From: Clostridia bacterium
GTDB lineage: Bacteria; Bacillota; Clostridia; Oscillospirales; Acutalibacteraceae
DNA length: 64,000 nt
Assembly (NCBI GenBank): GCA_017560255.1
Contig: JAFYOI010000056.1
Coordinates: forward strand, 46,639-110,638
Direction: 5' to 3'
This document shows positions 54,603-62,975 of this stretch, piece after piece (positions within the stretch are counted from its first letter, which is position 1; every line of letters begins with the position of its first letter). The notes under the pieces are model-generated. The model was not told the DNA's origin, made no database searches, and saw only the letters and a list, made by a program, of their open reading frames with translations. A program made the position numbers and the translations under genes.

Positions 54603-56699
54603 TTATAAACCAAACAACAAATCGCAGTAAACGGGGAACGGCCACTTGTTGCCGGGAACAATCATTTCCGCCTCGTCGGCAACCTGACGAAGTTCACACA
54701 TAGCGGGAATAACCTTATTGTTGAAGAACTCCGCCTTTTCCTGCACGTTAGTGTACTTTTTAGATTCAAGCACAACGGTATCGAGCGCTTTTGCGCCCTC
54801 GTAAATGCAGGTTGTGAGTTTTGAAAGGCGGGCAAGGCTCTCGCTCTCGTAATCGGTGGGAATGTCTGCAATAGACTTCTTTGCGATAATTGTCTGTGCC
54901 AACTCTTTTCCGTATTCGGAAACGGCGGGCAAAATATCCTTGTTTACCATATCGAGCATTGTCATCGCTTCAATATTGACAACCTTTGCGTAATCCTCGA
55001 ACAAGATGTCGCATCTTGAATTGATTTCCTGCTCGGTGAAAATGCGATGCTTTGTGAAAAGTTTAACGTTCTTCTCACTGCGGAAGCAAGGAATTGCCTG
55101 AGTTGCGGTTCGCAGGTTAGGCAAGCCCCTTCTATGCGCTTCCTCCTCCCACTCCTTAGAGTAGCCGTTGCCGTTGAAGATAACACGCTTATGCTCTTTG
55201 ATTGTTTTCTTGATAAGTTCATGCAAGTCAGCGTTGAAGTTTGTTGACTTTTCAAGAATGTCCGCAAACTGACAGATAACCTCCGCAACTGCTGTATTGA
55301 GAATAAAGTTTACACCACTGATAGATGCGTTGGAGCCAAGCATACGGAACTCAAACTTATTACCTGTAAATGCAAAGGGCGAAGTACGGTTTCTGTCGGT
55401 TGTATCCTTGGGAAATTTAGGCAGAACGGTTGCGCCCGTTTCGAACAGGGTCAACTGCTGCTTATCATACTTTGTATCGTTCTCAATTGATTCAAGAATT
55501 GCTGTCAACTCATCGCCGAGGAAGATTGAAACAATCGCGGGAGGCGCTTCGTTTGCACCAAGACGGTGGTCGTTGCCCGCACTTGAAACGGCAACGCGCA
55601 TAAGGTCAGCGTACTCGTCAACCGCTTTGATAACGGCAACGAGGAAAAGCAAGAACTGCGCATTATCCTCGGGAGATGAACCGGGTTCAAAGAGGTTTAC
55701 GCCCGTGTCGGTTGAAAGCGACCAGTTGTTGTGCTTACCGCTTCCGTTAACGCCCGCAAAGGGTTTTTCGTGAAGCAGACAAGCAAGATTATGCTTCTCA
55801 GCAACCTTTTTCATAACCTCCATTGTAAGCTGGTTATGGTCACAAGCGATATTTGTAGTTGTGAAAATCGGTGCAAGTTCGTGCTGTGAGGGAGCAACCT
55901 CGTTGTGCTTTGTCTTTGCGTAAATGCCGAGTTTCCAGAGTTCCTCATCGAGTTCCTTCATAAACTCGGAAACTCTCTTTTTGATACTGCCGTAGTAATG
56001 GTCGTCGAGTTCCTGTCCTTTCGGCTGTTTTGCGCCGAAAAGAGTTCTGCCACAGAGGACGAGGTCACGTCTGCGCTTATATAAATCTCTGTCAATAAGG
56101 AAATATTCTTGTTCGGGGCCAACGGTAGGCTTTACACGGCGCACTTCGTCCTTGCCGAAAAGACGGAGAATTCGCAGCGACTGCTCACTGAGCACCTGCA
56201 TTGAGCGCAGGAGAGGAGTTTTCTTGTCAAGCACCTCACCGCCATAAGAACAGAACGCGGTGGGAATGCACAAAGAATTATCTTTAATAAACGCGTAGGA
56301 AGTCGGGTCCCACGCAGTGTAGCCCCTTGCCTCAAAAGTTGCTCTCAATCCGCCCGAGGGGAAAGATGAAGCGTCAGACTCACCCTTAATGAGAGATTTG
56401 CCCGAAAATGCGGTTATTGCTCCGCCGCCTGCTGACGGTTCGATAAAACTGTCATGCTTTTCCGCCGTTATACCCGTCATCGGTTGGAACCAGTGGGTAT
56501 AGTGAGTAGCGCCGTTTTCCATCGCCCATTCGAGCATAGCGGTTGCAACGATGTTTGCAACCTCAATTTGCAAAGGTGCGCCCGTATCCATTGTATTTTT
56601 AAGTGATTTGTAGACTTCCTGCGGCAATCTTTCCTTCATAACCTTGTCATTAAAGGACATCGTGCCGAACAGTTCGGTAATTTTTGCCAATTTACCCAC
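54603..56699 (-). CDS. glnN: glutamine synthetase, type III
   Basis: 698 aa, a length typical of GSIII. N-terminus [23 protein letters not shown], plus catalytic-domain motifs ([10 protein letters not shown]). The start may be TTG 56690 rather than GTG 56699. Confidence 0.92.
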   Translation of the reverse strand: MGKLAKITELFGTMSFNDKVMKERLPQEVYKSLKNTMDTGAPLQIEVANIVATAMLEWAMENGATHYTHWFQPMTGITAEKHDSFIEPSAGGGAITAFSGKSLIKGESDASSFPSGGLRATFEARGYTAWDPTSYAFIKDNSLCIPTAFCSYGGEVLDKKTPLLRSMQVLSEQSLRILRLFGKDEVRRVKPTVGPEQEYFLIDRDLYKRRRDLVLCGRTLFGAKQPKGQELDDHYYGSIKKRVSEFMKELDEELWKLGIYAKTKHNEVAPSQHELAPIFTTTNIACDHNQLTMEVMKKVAEKHNLACLLHEKPFAGVNGSGKHNNWSLSTDTGVNLFEPGSSPEDNAQFLLFLVAVIKAVDEYADLMRVAVSSAGNDHRLGANEAPPAIVSIFLGDELTAILESIENDTKYDKQQLTLFETGATVLPKFPKDTTDRNRTSPFAFTGNKFEFRMLGSNASISGVNFILNTAVAEVICQFADILEKSTNFNADLHELIKKTIKEHKRVIFNGNGYSKEWEEEAHRRGLPNLRTATQAIPCFRSEKNVKLFTKHRIFTEQEINSRCDILFEDYAKVVNIEAMTMLDMVNKDILPAVSEYGKELAQTIIAKKSIADIPTDYESESLARLSKLTTCIYEGAKALDTVVLESKKYTNVQEKAEFFNNKVIPAMCELRQVADEAEMIVPGNKWPFPVYCDLLFGL

Positions 56700-56722
56700 C
56701 CTTTCACTATCACGTCGCGTTT

Positions 56723-56755
56723 AAAACACAAAACGCCGCAGGTACACCCGCAGCG
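56723..56755 (-). terminator. terminator-like hairpin and U-tract inside the glnN 5' leader (candidate attenuator)
   Basis: The minus-strand RNA is CGCUGCGGG-UGUA-CCUGCGGCG (9 bp, 2 G-U) followed by UUUUGUGUUUU. It lies between the predicted promoter and the start codon. Confidence 0.5.
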
Positions 56756-56774
56756 CCTTTGCTGATTACAATAC

Positions 56775-56803
56775 AGTATATATCAACACTTCAATCTTGT
56801 CAA
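56775..56803 (-). promoter_or_regulatory. glnN promoter (TTGACA-17-TATACT)
   Basis: The reverse complement reads TTGACAAGATTGAAGTGTTGATATATACT. Confidence 0.55.
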
Positions 56804-56859
56804 CATTTTTTGAATAAATTGACAAACGATTTGCAATTTTCCGCCGTAAAAATACGGGC

Positions 56860-56888
56860 TTGACAACGCTGAATTTTGATAATATAAT
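56860..56888 (+). promoter_or_regulatory. promoter of the GntR-ABC operon (TTGACA-17-TATAAT)
   Basis: TTGACAACGCTGAATTTTGATAATATAAT. Confidence 0.6.
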
Positions 56889-56923
56889 ACAGATAGTACA
56901 GTTAGTACAGATGATACAGTTTG
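56888..56923 (+). promoter_or_regulatory. four tandem 9-bp repeats TACAG(A/T)T(A/G/T)(G/A) immediately downstream of the -10; candidate operator
   Basis: TACAGATAG TACAGTTAG TACAGATGA TACAGTTTG, with TACAG at 56888, 56897, 56906 and 56915 (exact 9-nt period). Confidence 0.6.
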
Positions 56924-56948
56924 ACAAAAACAAAAAGGAGGGATTGAT

Positions 56949-57308
56949 ATGCCTAAATTTTTTCTCGGCAAACGTGACGTTTATCTTGAAGTTGCCGAAC
57001 GTTATGCCCGATTTATAGAAATCGGCATTTTAAAATCGGGCGACAAACTGCCCTCCGTCAGAGTTGCAGCAAGTGAATTGGGTGTCAATCCGAACACGGT
57101 GCAAAAGGCGTATTCCTATTTGGAGAATCAGGGATATATCTATTCCCTGCCCAAAAAGGGAGTTTTCGTTGCCCACGCAGAGCACAGCAACGAGATGCAA
57201 CAGCACAGAAGCGACCAGACGCGCAAGGCACTTGAAGCACTTAAAGCCGACGGAATAGGCAAAAATGAAATATTGCAAATTTTAGAGGAGGTGTTCTCAG
57301 ATGATTGA
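56949..57308 (+). CDS. GntR family transcriptional regulator, YtrA/YhcF subfamily (119 aa)
   Basis: GDKLPSVRVAASELGVNPNTVQKAYSYLENQGYIYSLPKKGVFV is a GntR winged HTH. The short C-terminus is typical of the YtrA subfamily. Confidence 0.9.
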   Translation: MPKFFLGKRDVYLEVAERYARFIEIGILKSGDKLPSVRVAASELGVNPNTVQKAYSYLENQGYIYSLPKKGVFVAHAEHSNEMQQHRSDQTRKALEALKADGIGKNEILQILEEVFSDD

Positions 57309-58194
57309 AGTAAAAAAACTTAGTCATCGTTTGGGTGAAAAAATCGTACTGAACAACGTTGATATAACCATTCCTGACAACACCATTGTTGGTCTTGTTG
57401 GAATTAACGGCGCGGGAAAATCAACGCTTTTGCGTTTGCTTTCAGGCGTTTACAATGCGGATTTCGGGCAAATACTTTTTGACGGGGCAAGTCCCGAGGA
57501 AGCAAGCACACGCCAAAACATCTTTTTTCTGCCCGACGACCCGTACTACACTGCGGCTATGACACCCGCCAAACTTTTTTCGTTCTACAAAACCTTTTAT
57601 CCGAATATGGACAAAACGGCATTTGAACAACTCATCCGCGAATACAAAATTGACGTCAAGGGCAAAATGCGTAATTTTTCCAAAGGTGTACGTAGGCAGG
57701 TATTCATCGCTCTGGCGGTTGCAATAAAGCCCCGATACCTCCTGCTTGACGAGGCGTTTGACGGACTTGACCCCCTTTCACGCAAACTGTTCAAGGACGC
57801 CATCATAGAGTTTGTTGAAAACGAACGTGCCACGGTTATCATATCAAGCCATTCGCTCAGAGAACTTGAAGATTTTTGTGACCGCTTCATACTCCTTGAC
57901 GATTGTCAGGTCAAGCAACACGGCGATATTGCTGAACACGTGAGCAATTTCTGCAAGTTTGAACTTGCCTTTACCGACACCGTTGACAAGGCACTGTTTG
58001 CCGACCTGCCCGTACGGGCAATAGACATCAAAGGCGGACATTTCGTGCAGTTGGTTCTGGAGGGTGACAGCGAGGAAATGCGCACATTGTTAACCGCTCT
58101 TTCACCCGTAGTAATGGATGAAATACCGCTTGACTTTGAAGAAATGTTCATCCACGACGTAGAGAAGAATCGAGGTGTTAAGAATGACGAATAA
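57301..58194 (+). CDS. ABC transporter ATP-binding protein
   Basis: Walker A GINGAGKST, an FSKGVRRQ signature variant, and Walker B LLLDEAFDGLD. Confidence 0.9.
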   Translation: MIEVKKLSHRLGEKIVLNNVDITIPDNTIVGLVGINGAGKSTLLRLLSGVYNADFGQILFDGASPEEASTRQNIFFLPDDPYYTAAMTPAKLFSFYKTFYPNMDKTAFEQLIREYKIDVKGKMRNFSKGVRRQVFIALAVAIKPRYLLLDEAFDGLDPLSRKLFKDAIIEFVENERATVIISSHSLRELEDFCDRFILLDDCQVKQHGDIAEHVSNFCKFELAFTDTVDKALFADLPVRAIDIKGGHFVQLVLEGDSEEMRTLLTALSPVVMDEIPLDFEEMFIHDVEKNRGVKNDE

Positions 58195-59233
58195 TTACAG
58201 GGCGTATTTAAAGACGCATCTTCGCAACAATTTAAAACCGCTTTTATTTATCGTTGTTTTTTCCGTTGTGCTCACGGTTGCGTTGGCATACACAAACCAG
58301 AAGGACGTTTTAAACTACTATTATAACGACAAAATAAGAATAACTTATTACTGCACGATCTGGATACCCGTTATGATTTTGGCAATAAGTTGTTATATCG
58401 CGCCTTATATGGAGTTTGCTTTCTTCAAAAAGCGCAGAAATCTGGACTGTGCCTATGCGTTGCCCATATCACGCAAGGAAATGGGCAGAGCGCATTATTT
58501 CTCAGGCTTACTGACCATATTCCTGCCGTACACGCTGTCCTACATAACGAACACGCTGCTTATGTTGCGATACCAACAGGAATATTTTTTCACTCCGCTC
58601 ATCCCCCACTATTTCCTGTGCCTATTGTTCGGCATTTGCACGTATTCAATATTCGTTTTCGTTTTCAATGAGGCAAACTCGCCCGGCGACGGAATCTGGT
58701 TCATCATACTGTGGTCAGCCGTTTTTTACCTTGTATTATCGGCGGTCCGTAATGACCTGTTCCTCGAATTTCTCAACAAAACGACCTGGCGCAAGATTAC
58801 ATCAAACAGTGACCTTGCATTTGTTTTCAGCCCGTTAGTTTTTATTTCCGAAGCATTTACCGATCGGGTAGAACGCCCCGAGTGGTACACATATACACGT
58901 CTTTTTAAAGACGATGAAGTCATCTTCTGTTTAATTTTCTGGCTTGTTGTGGGGATAGCAGCGACGATAGCCTTCTTCAAAACTTTCGGCAAAAGAAGAA
59001 TGGAAAAGACCGAGGAAATATCGGACTCCTGGTTCGGCTACCGTATACTCGTTCCCGTGTATGCAGTGGCGGGTATGCTCACTTTTGGTTCTTCCGGAAA
59101 TGGCACGATAATCTTGGAGGTCATCATTGTTATTCTGGCGTTATTGGGTTATGCAATCTACCGCCGTGGCTTCCATTACAAAAAGAGCGAAATAATCATT
59201 TTGTCACTACTGCTCATTTTCCTCTTTATCTGA
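58184..59233 (+). CDS. uncharacterised polytopic membrane protein, probable permease partner of the ABC ATPase
   Basis: About 8-9 hydrophobic segments with no recognisable motif. ATG 58184 follows GAGGTG and overlaps the ATPase stop. Confidence 0.6.
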   Translation: MTNNYRAYLKTHLRNNLKPLLFIVVFSVVLTVALAYTNQKDVLNYYYNDKIRITYYCTIWIPVMILAISCYIAPYMEFAFFKKRRNLDCAYALPISRKEMGRAHYFSGLLTIFLPYTLSYITNTLLMLRYQQEYFFTPLIPHYFLCLLFGICTYSIFVFVFNEANSPGDGIWFIILWSAVFYLVLSAVRNDLFLEFLNKTTWRKITSNSDLAFVFSPLVFISEAFTDRVERPEWYTYTRLFKDDEVIFCLIFWLVVGIAATIAFFKTFGKRRMEKTEEISDSWFGYRILVPVYAVAGMLTFGSSGNGTIILEVIIVILALLGYAIYRRGFHYKKSEIIILSLLLIFLFI

Positions 59234-59310
59234 TTGGTTTTGAAATGCATTGACGTTGCAGTAAACCCGCCGGATAACAAAGCGAAAACTGCACCCCATT
59301 AAAAACTTAA

Positions 59311-59346
59311 AACCGGCTCTCTTTACACAAAGAGGGTCGGTTTTTT
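59311..59346 (+). terminator. intrinsic terminator after the GntR-ABC operon
   Basis: ACCGGCTCTCTTT / AAAGAGGGTCGGT stem followed by T6. Confidence 0.85.
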
Positions 59347-59394
59347 GTATAACTAAAGCCATGCGATAGCGGTGGGAGTCAAAAAGGCTATGCC
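59341..59394 (+). repeat. copy B of the ~55-nt post-terminator element (first copy at 35616..35670)
   Basis: TTTTTTGTATAACTAAAGCCATGCGATAG...TCAAAAAGGCTATGCC. The alignment is described under copy A. Confidence 0.6.
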
Positions 59395-59460
59395 CGAAAA
59401 TGAACCCCCCCGATTCAATTTACACAACAACTGTAAATAAACGATGTGCCAATATAATAT

Positions 59461-60300
59461 TCATTCATCATCTGCACCGAGGGGGGAAAATTCGCCCCCG
59501 AAAATACCCTTTGATGCACAAACAACGACCACCGCCGTTTCATCGCTTTGCGCCGTAATCAACCGCAGTTGCGGCAGGTCCTTTTTGTGTGCGACGAGGA
59601 AAAAAACTCCGCTTTCATTCGCTTTCAAAAGCCTTATTTGCAATTCGGATTTATTGATATTTTTTAAAAATGCGTCCGATTTTTCCGAAAATACACACAC
59701 CGTTTCAAAGGGCGACAAACCGTAAAGAATGAAGTTGATTATATACGCTTCAATCACTACGCAGACACCCGCATAGACACAAATTTCAATATTGCGGAAA
59801 ACGATACCTGCAAGCGCAATCACGATAATGTCAAGTGCAAGAAAAATTCCGCCCGAGCGGATATGTCTGAATTTAAGGCGAAGCAAGCGCACGATTATAT
59901 CCGAGCCACCCGTCGTTGCGCCCATCCGGAAAATAACACCTATTGACCCGCCTATAAGCACCGACCCGCAAACACACGCGCAAAACGTATCAAGTTGTGG
60001 AATCGGAAACCTTTTGCAAAAATCAATAACCGCCGACGAAACGGCAATCACAAAGACGGTTGAAAGCAAAAATCTCAGTCCAAATTTGTAAATCCCGAAA
60101 ACAATCAGCGGTACGTTGATAATAAAAATTATAAATCCTGTATTTAAATCCGTCAGGTAACCAAGCACTATCGCAAGCCCTGAAACTCCCCCTGCAGCAA
60201 GACCTTTCGGTTCAAGGAACAGTGCTATCCCGACGGCATATCCAACACTCGCAAACAGTAAAATTAACACTTCCTTTATTCCATGAAAAAATTTGTGCAT
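59461..60300 (-). CDS. YitT family membrane protein (DUF2179 C-terminal domain)
   Basis: 279 aa with 5-6 TM segments, GG-rich helices (TGGSDI), and a soluble C-terminal domain. Confidence 0.8.
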   Translation of the reverse strand: MHKFFHGIKEVLILLFASVGYAVGIALFLEPKGLAAGGVSGLAIVLGYLTDLNTGFIIFIINVPLIVFGIYKFGLRFLLSTVFVIAVSSAVIDFCKRFPIPQLDTFCACVCGSVLIGGSIGVIFRMGATTGGSDIIVRLLRLKFRHIRSGGIFLALDIIVIALAGIVFRNIEICVYAGVCVVIEAYIINFILYGLSPFETVCVFSEKSDAFLKNINKSELQIRLLKANESGVFFLVAHKKDLPQLRLITAQSDETAVVVVCASKGIFGGEFSPLGADDE

Positions 60301-60337
60301 ATTTCACCCTCTCATATTGGATAAAATTTATAATCGG

Positions 60338-61342
60338 TTATTCAATTTTCATTGAGGCAGTTGCATTCAGGTCAAGGTCTGCAACGCTACCCGCAAGATA
60401 CTCATAATAAGCCTGTGCACCAACCATTGCGGCATTGTCGCCACAGAGAGAAAGTTGCGGTTTGTAAAGTTCAAATCCGTGCTCTTGACACATCTTTTCG
60501 GTCTTTGCGCGCAATGCGGAATTTGCAGAAACACCGCCCGAAAGTGCAATTTTGGTGTAACCAAAATCAAGCGCCGCTTTTTCAAGGTTTTCAACAAGTC
60601 TTTCCGTTACGGCACTTTGAAATGAAGCCGCCATATCCTTGATTTCGTAACTCTCGCCCTTTTGATTCATTTTGTGCAAGAGGTTGATTATATTAGTTTT
60701 CATTCCCGAAAAACTGAAATCATATTCGCTGTCACTCACCTTCGGTTTCGGGAAAGTATAAGCGTTTTCATTGCCTCCGACCGACGCTGTGTCAAGATGC
60801 ACGCCGCCGGGATACGGAAGTCCCATCGCCCTTGCCGCCTTGTCGAGAGTTTCGCCCGCCGCATCGTCCCTCGTCTGACCGATTATGCGGAATTTTGTGT
60901 AATCTGCAACCTCAACAATATGGCTATGTCCGCCTGAAACAACCAAACAGAGAAACGGAGGTTTCAGATCGGAATAAGTAAGGTAATTAGCCGCAATATG
61001 AGAACGAAGATGATGGACGGGAATAAGCGGTTTGCCGCTTGCAAAACTAAGTCCCTTTGCAAAGTTTACGCCAACAAGCAACGCACCGATAAGTCCCGGT
61101 GCATGAGTGACGGCAATCGCATCAAGGTCGCTCAATTTGCATCCCGCTTCGTCAAGCGCACCCCTGACAACCGCAGTAATCGCCTTTGTGTGCTGACGGG
61201 AGGCAATCTCGGGCACAACACCGCCGTAAATCACGTGTTGCGGTATCTGCGAAGCAATATTGCTTGATAAAATTTTACGTCCGTCCTCGACAACCGCTGC
61301 CGCAGTTTCGTCGCAGGAACTTTCTATTGCAAGTATTTTCAT
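60338..61342 (-). CDS. tsaD: tRNA N6-adenosine threonylcarbamoyltransferase
   Basis: MKILAIESSCDETAAAVV... and the HxxxH-type motif VHHLRSHI. Confidence 0.96.
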   Translation of the reverse strand: MKILAIESSCDETAAAVVEDGRKILSSNIASQIPQHVIYGGVVPEIASRQHTKAITAVVRGALDEAGCKLSDLDAIAVTHAPGLIGALLVGVNFAKGLSFASGKPLIPVHHLRSHIAANYLTYSDLKPPFLCLVVSGGHSHIVEVADYTKFRIIGQTRDDAAGETLDKAARAMGLPYPGGVHLDTASVGGNENAYTFPKPKVSDSEYDFSFSGMKTNIINLLHKMNQKGESYEIKDMAASFQSAVTERLVENLEKAALDFGYTKIALSGGVSANSALRAKTEKMCQEHGFELYKPQLSLCGDNAAMVGAQAYYEYLAGSVADLDLNATASMKIE

Positions 61343-61343
61343 C

Positions 61344-61790
61344 CTAAATTCCTCTTTCCTTGGTCATTATATACGCATCCTCGGTGGGCAAACGGTAAAA
61401 TGCCTTGCGCACACCGAGATTTTTATATCCGTTTTTTTCATAAAGAGTTATAGCCGCAAGATTTGAAACCCTGACTTCAAGCGAAATAAAACTCAGATTT
61501 AATTTTTCCATACATTCATCAAGTGCTGATAACAGTTTATCGGCAACGCCACGGCGGCGATAATCGCCCCTGACCGCAACGTTTGTTATGTACCCCTCAT
61601 CAAGCACACAATTCATGCCAACGTAACCCACAACTTCTCTCTCACACACGGCAACGAAGAAGTTTGCCCCGTCCGTTTCAAGACTGCTTTTAAGGGAATT
61701 TTCCGACCACGCACACTCACCGAAACACTCGTTTTCAATCAGCGCAACGCTCGCTATATGCTCAGCGGTCATTCTGATAACATCAAGCAT
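61344..61790 (-). CDS. rimI: ribosomal-protein-alanine N-acetyltransferase (GNAT)
   Basis: GNAT motif VRGDYRRRGVADKLL, directly upstream of tsaD. The start is uncertain (61790 or 61772); the track ORF start at 61832 overlaps the upstream gene. Confidence 0.8.
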   Translation of the reverse strand: MLDVIRMTAEHIASVALIENECFGECAWSENSLKSSLETDGANFFVAVCEREVVGYVGMNCVLDEGYITNVAVRGDYRRRGVADKLLSALDECMEKLNLSFISLEVRVSNLAAITLYEKNGYKNLGVRKAFYRLPTEDAYIMTKERGI

Positions 61791-62214
61791 AAAACTCCTC
61801 CAACAACTGACGAAGTGCAGTTTCGATCTCATCCCGTGTGCGTACGTATTCGGAATATCTCATACCAAACGGGTCGGTGATTCCGCTCCCGAGAATTTTC
61901 AATTTCTTTTCATCGACAAAATTCCTCAGAATATCAAAATGCCCCTTTGACAAACAGACGATAAGGTCGGTTTCGTCAAGCAAGTCGCGCGTAACCGTCT
62001 TTGAACGGTGAGAGGTAATGTCAATTCCGAGTTCATTCATCGCTTCTATCGAATTCTCACTCGCCGCCTCCCCGTCAAACGCTGAAAGTCCCGCACTGTC
62101 ACAGGAAACTCCGTCAATATTTTTTTGTTTCAACATCGTATCAAACAGCGCCTGCGCCATAGGACTGCGGCAGGTGTTGCCCGTACAGACAAAAAGAACG
62201 CTTTTTGGAAACAT
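61783..62214 (-). CDS. low-molecular-weight protein (Tyr/Arg) phosphatase
   Basis: P-loop VLFVCTGNTCRSPMA and a downstream D-P general-acid region. Confidence 0.88.
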   Translation of the reverse strand: MFPKSVLFVCTGNTCRSPMAQALFDTMLKQKNIDGVSCDSAGLSAFDGEAASENSIEAMNELGIDITSHRSKTVTRDLLDETDLIVCLSKGHFDILRNFVDEKKLKILGSGITDPFGMRYSEYVRTRDEIETALRQLLEEFYA

Positions 62215-62234
62215 AACAAACTCCTCTTAACCGA

Positions 62235-62969
62235 TTAAATCACAAATCCGCCGTTTACCCCGATAACCTGCCCCGTAATAAACGCGCCGCTTTCCTGTGA
62301 AAGAAATAGTACCATTTGCGCGACGTCGTCCGTTGTGCCAAGTCTGCCTACAGGGGTTTCTTCACATAGTGCGTCAAGGTCATCCTCCGACAACGCCTTA
62401 TTCATATCGGTTTCAATTACTCCGGGTGCAACACAGTTGACGGTTATACCCGATGGGCCGACTTCCTTTGCAAGCGCTTTGGTAAACCCGATAAGTCCCG
62501 CTTTCGCCGCGGAATAGTGTACTTCACACGATGCGCCGCATACGCCCCAGATTGACGATATATTTATTATTCTCCCGCTCTTTTTATTTATCATATGCGG
62601 CAGAACTTTCCTTGTGCAGTAGAATGCAGAGTTGAGATTAACGCCCATCATCCGCGCCCAATCTTCATCCGTAACGTCGGTGATAAGTTTCTGTTCACCT
62701 ATCCCTGCATTGTTGACGAGCACATCAACGCCGCCGAAAAGACTGATGCTGTTTTCAATCAGAGCGTTCGCCTGCGCCGAATCGGAAACGTCCGCCTTGA
62801 TTGCGACAGCACTGATTCCCTGTGCAAGAAGTTCCGCAAGCAAAGCCTGCGCCCTTTCCTCACTCTTATTATAATTTATCACCACGTTGTATCCAGCCGC
62901 CGCAAAAACTCTTGCGCACTGACTGCCGATACCGCGCGATGCTCCGGTAATCACAACCGTTTTACTCAT
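62235..62969 (-). CDS. SDR family oxidoreductase, 3-oxoacyl-ACP reductase (FabG)-like
   Basis: TGASRGIG cofactor motif, NNAG, and the catalytic YSAAK. Confidence 0.85.
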   Translation of the reverse strand: MSKTVVITGASRGIGSQCARVFAAAGYNVVINYNKSEERAQALLAELLAQGISAVAIKADVSDSAQANALIENSISLFGGVDVLVNNAGIGEQKLITDVTDEDWARMMGVNLNSAFYCTRKVLPHMINKKSGRIINISSIWGVCGASCEVHYSAAKAGLIGFTKALAKEVGPSGITVNCVAPGVIETDMNKALSEDDLDALCEETPVGRLGTTDDVAQMVLFLSQESGAFITGQVIGVNGGFVI

Positions 62970-62975
62970 ATTCTC

